From: Nitrospinota bacterium
GTDB lineage: Bacteria; Nitrospinota_A; UBA7883; JACRLM01
DNA: 64,000 bases
NCBI GenBank assembly: GCA_016208975.1
Contig: JACQXA010000004.1
Location: 681,015 to 745,014, forward strand
Reading direction: 5' to 3'
Part shown: positions 60,608 to 64,000 of the stretch, piece by piece
Layout: each line of letters starts with the position of its first letter
How positions within the stretch are numbered: the first letter of the stretch is position 1
Translations under genes and position numbers: made by a program
The notes under the pieces: model-generated
Database searches by the model: none
Seen by the model: only the letters and a program-made list of their open reading frames with translations
Told to the model about the DNA's origin: nothing

Positions 60608-61660
60608 ATGGAAGAAATCATTGTCATCGCATTATGCCTCATGTGCAACGGCATGATGGCGGCATACGAGATGGCTTTCGTTTCGGTCCCGAAACCTTAC
60701 CTGAGAAGCCTGGCGAAAAAAGGGGACAAACACGCCCAATCGCTACTTTACCTGAGGGACAACCCTGAACGGACCTTGTCCGTGATTCAAATCGGCATCA
60801 CCCTGGTCGGAGCCATCGCCGCCGCAATTGGCGGCGCTGGAGCCGCTGAAACCATAGAACCTTTTTTCATCGAGACATTCGGAATGCGGGCGCCGGTAGC
60901 CGAATTCATGGCTGTGGCGCTGGTGGTCATTCCGATAACCTATCTCGGCGTTGTGGCGGGCGAGCTGGTCCCTAAAACACTGGCGATGCGGAATCCCGCC
61001 AAAATAGCTCTTGCGGGAACAAAATGGCTGTTCATGGCCGACCGGCTCCTGGCTCCTGTGATAAACATACTGGAATGGTCCACGAAAATGATCGTATGGT
61101 CCTTTTCCAGGGAAACAAGGGCGGCGGAAGCGCCCTCAGGGCCGGTATCCATTGAGATTGACGACTTATCCCCCGCTCATCAGAGATTCATCCTGAATAT
61201 GGCAGACATAGAAAACAAGCGAATAAACGACATGATGCTTCAATGGAGCCAAGTAATCCACATACGGAAAACCGATTCTCTGGCGGATGTAATGCAACTG
61301 GCGCTGAGCTCCGGCCACACTCGATTACCAGTCGTTGATGATGGCAATATTGTGGGCATACTGCACACGAAGGAATTCATCGCTTTCAGAGAGTCCGGGG
61401 AAACGGCCTGGCAATCAATAATCCGCCCTGTTTTAAAAATCCGCACCACAGATTCCGCTCTTGGCGCATTGCGGCTTATGCAGGATAAGAGGAGCCACAT
61501 GGCTGTCATTTATTCCCAAACCGGTGAGAGACAGGGCATCGTCACGCTTGAAGATATTATTGAGGTGGTTATAGGCGATATATACGATGAGGATGATGAT
61601 GAGGGAGCCAGAAAAATCTTCGCCGCCAGAGCCAGATCACGAATACGGTCCAGATTATGA
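60608..61660 (+). CDS. CNNM/HlyC-CorC family transporter (DUF21 + CBS pair)
   Basis: N-terminal 4-TM DUF21 then tandem CBS segments. Confidence 0.8.
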   Translation: MEEIIVIALCLMCNGMMAAYEMAFVSVPKPYLRSLAKKGDKHAQSLLYLRDNPERTLSVIQIGITLVGAIAAAIGGAGAAETIEPFFIETFGMRAPVAEFMAVALVVIPITYLGVVAGELVPKTLAMRNPAKIALAGTKWLFMADRLLAPVINILEWSTKMIVWSFSRETRAAEAPSGPVSIEIDDLSPAHQRFILNMADIENKRINDMMLQWSQVIHIRKTDSLADVMQLALSSGHTRLPVVDDGNIVGILHTKEFIAFRESGETAWQSIIRPVLKIRTTDSALGALRLMQDKRSHMAVIYSQTGERQGIVTLEDIIEVVIGDIYDEDDDEGARKIFAARARSRIRSRL

Positions 61661-61792
61661 TTGGCGCCGCCTAACTTCATGTTTGAGCTACCTGCATAGC
61701 GTATCGCAACTTAACTGTTACCTGGAAGTGGCTGTTACGCATATAATTGAAAAACCCGGTTATCCGGTGATATTCCAATAAAAGGATCGGCG

Positions 61793-62446
61793 ATGGATCA
61801 TATTATGGTAGCCCTGCCCAAAGGGCGGAACCTTAAACCCTCCGTTATATTATTGAGGGAGGTTGGGCTTGATTTTTCAGATGTTTTAGAAGACAGCCGC
61901 AGGCTGATATTCCAAGCCAAAACAGGCAACGCCACCGCCATTGTGGTGCGGGACACCGATATTCCTACCTATGTGGAGAACGGCGCGGCGGATTTGGGAG
62001 TATCCGGCGCCGACGTGCTGGCCGAGCAGGGGAAGGACCTTTACGAGCCGCTGGACTTAAAATTCGGATATTGCCGGATGGTGGTGGCCGAGCCCAAAGA
62101 GCTTTCGGTGAACGACAATCCCCGGAACTGGACCCATGTCCGCATCGCCACCAAGTTCCCCAACATTACCGAGTCCCATTTCGCCGGGCGCGGCGTGCAA
62201 ATAGAAATTATCAAACTATACGGCTCCATCGAGCTTGCCCCGCTGGTGGGCCTTTCGGAGCGGATAGTGGATCTGGTTTCCACCGGGGAAACCCTGCGGC
62301 AAAACGGCCTTTCAGAGGTTGAGCAGATAATGGAAATTACCGCCCGGCTCATAGTGAACCGCGCTTCGCTGAAAACAAAACATGACAGGATAAACCGCCT
62401 TATAAAGGACATGGACACGGCCTTACCCCGTCTTTCTTTATCTTAA
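61793..62446 (+). CDS. hisG: ATP phosphoribosyltransferase (short form)
   Basis: MVALPKGR start and LVSTGETL motif. Confidence 0.9.
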   Translation: MDHIMVALPKGRNLKPSVILLREVGLDFSDVLEDSRRLIFQAKTGNATAIVVRDTDIPTYVENGAADLGVSGADVLAEQGKDLYEPLDLKFGYCRMVVAEPKELSVNDNPRNWTHVRIATKFPNITESHFAGRGVQIEIIKLYGSIELAPLVGLSERIVDLVSTGETLRQNGLSEVEQIMEITARLIVNRASLKTKHDRINRLIKDMDTALPRLSLS

Positions 62447-62474
62447 CACCCTAAATATCAGACAATTATCCCTT

Positions 62475-62497
62475 GCAAGGCATATTCTGTGCCTTGC
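62475..62497 (+). terminator. Candidate hairpin after hisG
   Basis: gcaaggca-N7-tgccttgc stem then weak T-rich tract. Confidence 0.3.
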
Positions 62498-62660
62498 GTT
62501 CACTTTTCAACAACACCTTCGTAAAAAAGTACTCAAGTAAAAATTTCGCGCGGACGATACATAATCATGTTCGAGGAAAGGCTCGAACAACAAGAGGTTA
62601 AACGTAATAAAGCTTTGGCAAGGACGCTGGGGCTTAAAAATTTAGATCAGGGAGGACATC

Positions 62661-63518
62661 ATGGGTCTGCGAGTTTACAACAACCTTTACTCAGTGACCG
62701 CCCAGCGGCACTTGTCCAACAACAATGCGCAGTTGGGCACTTCTCTTGAACGGCTCTCTTCCGGTTTGAGAATCAACCGCGGCGCGGACGATGCGGCCGG
62801 CCTGGCCATATCTGAAGCTCTGCGGGGTGACATCCGCTCCCTCCAGCAGGCCTCCAGAAACGCCTCCGACGGCGTGAGCCTCATAAACACCGCGGAAGGC
62901 GCCCTCTCCGAGCAGTCTTCAATCCTTGTCCGTATGCGGGAACTGGCCTCCCAGGCCGCCACAGGCACCGTAGGCTCCACCGAGCGGCAGACCATTAACC
63001 GTGAGTTCAACGCGCTCCGGGCCGAGATAGACAGGATCTCGCTGGTCACCGAATTCAACGGGCAGAAACTTCTGGACGGCTCTTTGGCCGCAGGTATCCC
63101 CGCTGGCGGATCTGTGGTGATCCATGTGGGCATGCAGGCCACGGTAAACGACCGCATCAACCTAAACAGCGCGGTGGACCTTACCGCCATAGACTCCACA
63201 GGTTTGAACATCACCAACATATCGGTGACCCATGTCCAGTCGGCCCTGGATTCCATGTCCCGGTTGGATTCGGCCCTGTCAACCGTGACGGAAGGCCGCG
63301 GTAAACTGGGCGCGGTGCAGAACCGGCTGGTGCACACCATCAACAACCTGGCGGTGAGCTCCGAGAACCTGCAGGCCGCCGAATCGCAGATCCGCGACGC
63401 CGACTACTCTCTGGAAATATCGAAATTCACCCGGAACCAGATACTGGTGCAGGCCGCCACGGCGATCCTGGCCCAGGCCAACCTGGTACCGCAGACGGTG
63501 TTACAGCTCTTGGGTTAA
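62661..63518 (+). CDS. fliC: Flagellin (short, 285 aa)
   Basis: Conserved N-terminal (LSSGLRINRGADDAAGLAISE) and C-terminal (QILVQAATAILAQANLVPQTVLQLL) flagellin blocks; SD agggagga. Confidence 0.9.
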   Translation: MGLRVYNNLYSVTAQRHLSNNNAQLGTSLERLSSGLRINRGADDAAGLAISEALRGDIRSLQQASRNASDGVSLINTAEGALSEQSSILVRMRELASQAATGTVGSTERQTINREFNALRAEIDRISLVTEFNGQKLLDGSLAAGIPAGGSVVIHVGMQATVNDRINLNSAVDLTAIDSTGLNITNISVTHVQSALDSMSRLDSALSTVTEGRGKLGAVQNRLVHTINNLAVSSENLQAAESQIRDADYSLEISKFTRNQILVQAATAILAQANLVPQTVLQLLG

Positions 63519-63548
63519 AAGGGAAAAGGATTTTCCCAAACCTTTGAA

Positions 63549-63582
63549 GGCGGAGCCCTACGGAAGGGCTCCGCCATTTTTT
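63549..63582 (+). terminator. Rho-independent terminator after flagellin
   Basis: ggcggagccc-tacggaa-gggctccgcc followed by attttttt. Confidence 0.6.
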
Positions 63583-63743
63583 AGCTGGAACAAAGGCCAA
63601 CTGGTTCCAATCCGGCAAAATGCTTGGAGTTTCAATGAATTATGTGCTATATTGAGGCCGTAATAAAAAGCTAAAGCTCACGGGCCGGCGTACCGATAAA
63701 TAAGCAAGATTTAAATTATCCGGCGTCATAACAGGGTAGCGGT

Positions 63744-64000
63744 ATGGCTATTACAGTAGATGGGCTTATCTCGGGGATGAACACCACATCCATAATCAGC
63801 CAGATTATGGAGATAGAGCGGCGCCCCATTCAGCTCATAGAAGACAAACGCACGGTGCTTTCCAACGAGAAAGCCGCCTGGCAGGAAGCGAGCACCCGCA
63901 TGCTCGCCCTGGAGTCCGCCGCCGCAAAGCTCAGCTCCACCAGCAAGTTCGCCAGCCGGAGCGCCACTTTCGCCAACAACAATTCCGCCGCCGGGACTGT
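63744..64000 (+). CDS. fliD: Flagellar filament cap protein FliD, N-terminal part; continues beyond window
   Basis: Own translation from ATG 63744: MAITVDGLISGMNTTSIISQIMEIERRPIQL... resembling FliD N-termini; directly downstream of flagellin. Confidence 0.55.
   Translation, partial: MAITVDGLISGMNTTSIISQIMEIERRPIQLIEDKRTVLSNEKAAWQEASTRMLALESAAAKLSSTSKFASRSATFANNNSAAGT

Noticed and set aside
62475-62497. Sigma54 -24/-12 element (GGCAT-N-TGC) upstream of flagellin
   Set aside because: GG and GC are correctly spaced but flanking bases match the consensus poorly and the site is ~165 bp from the start codon; better read as a hairpin.
62540-62660. Sigma28 promoter for flagellin
   Set aside because: The TAAA and CGATA-like elements found are spaced about 4 nt too close; not a convincing match.
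62567-62749. 60 aa ORF overlapping the flagellin start
   Set aside because: Overlaps the flagellin ribosome-binding site and start in another frame.

Overview
High-GC Gram-negative bacterial chromosome segment (LptD, TolC-type outer membrane protein, PilQ secretin and RND pumps are present), densely coding on both strands. In order: the 3' end of an Amt ammonium transporter; lptD; an initiator tRNA-Met; a tightly coupled four-gene copper nitrite reductase module of the ncgABC-nirK type, followed directly by a CusB/CusA-type heavy-metal RND efflux pair whose adaptor gene appears split by a frameshift in an A9 tract; a cytoplasmic histidine kinase and a LOG-family gene at the tail of a tetR-tolC-MFP-RND efflux operon; ubiX, ferredoxin-NADP reductase, aroB; a pilMNOPQ type IV pilus operon headed by a small XRE regulator and preceded by a strikingly AT-rich block; tRNA-Pro(GGG); radA; trpC, malic enzyme, rimO, cutA, a QueD-like gene; a visibly lower-GC islet with a Type II restriction-modification pair (C5 methyltransferase plus a putatively NotI-like endonuclease); proB-trpD-trpG; a PAS hybrid histidine kinase; an SPFH protein; rsmD; an AhbA/AhbB-like siroheme decarboxylase pair; a sulfatase-superfamily enzyme and a GT39/ArnT-like TPR glycosyltransferase; a CNNM-type transporter; hisG; flagellin and the start of fliD. 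Three copies of a ~150 bp palindromic MITE-like repeat lie in intergenic regions. No CRISPR array, rRNA or integrase was recognised. I did not find an unambiguous brand-new system; the strongest leads are the copper/nitrite module with its frameshifted efflux adaptor, the MITE family and the restriction-modification islet. All calls rest on reading the supplied translations and sequence by eye; no database search was run.
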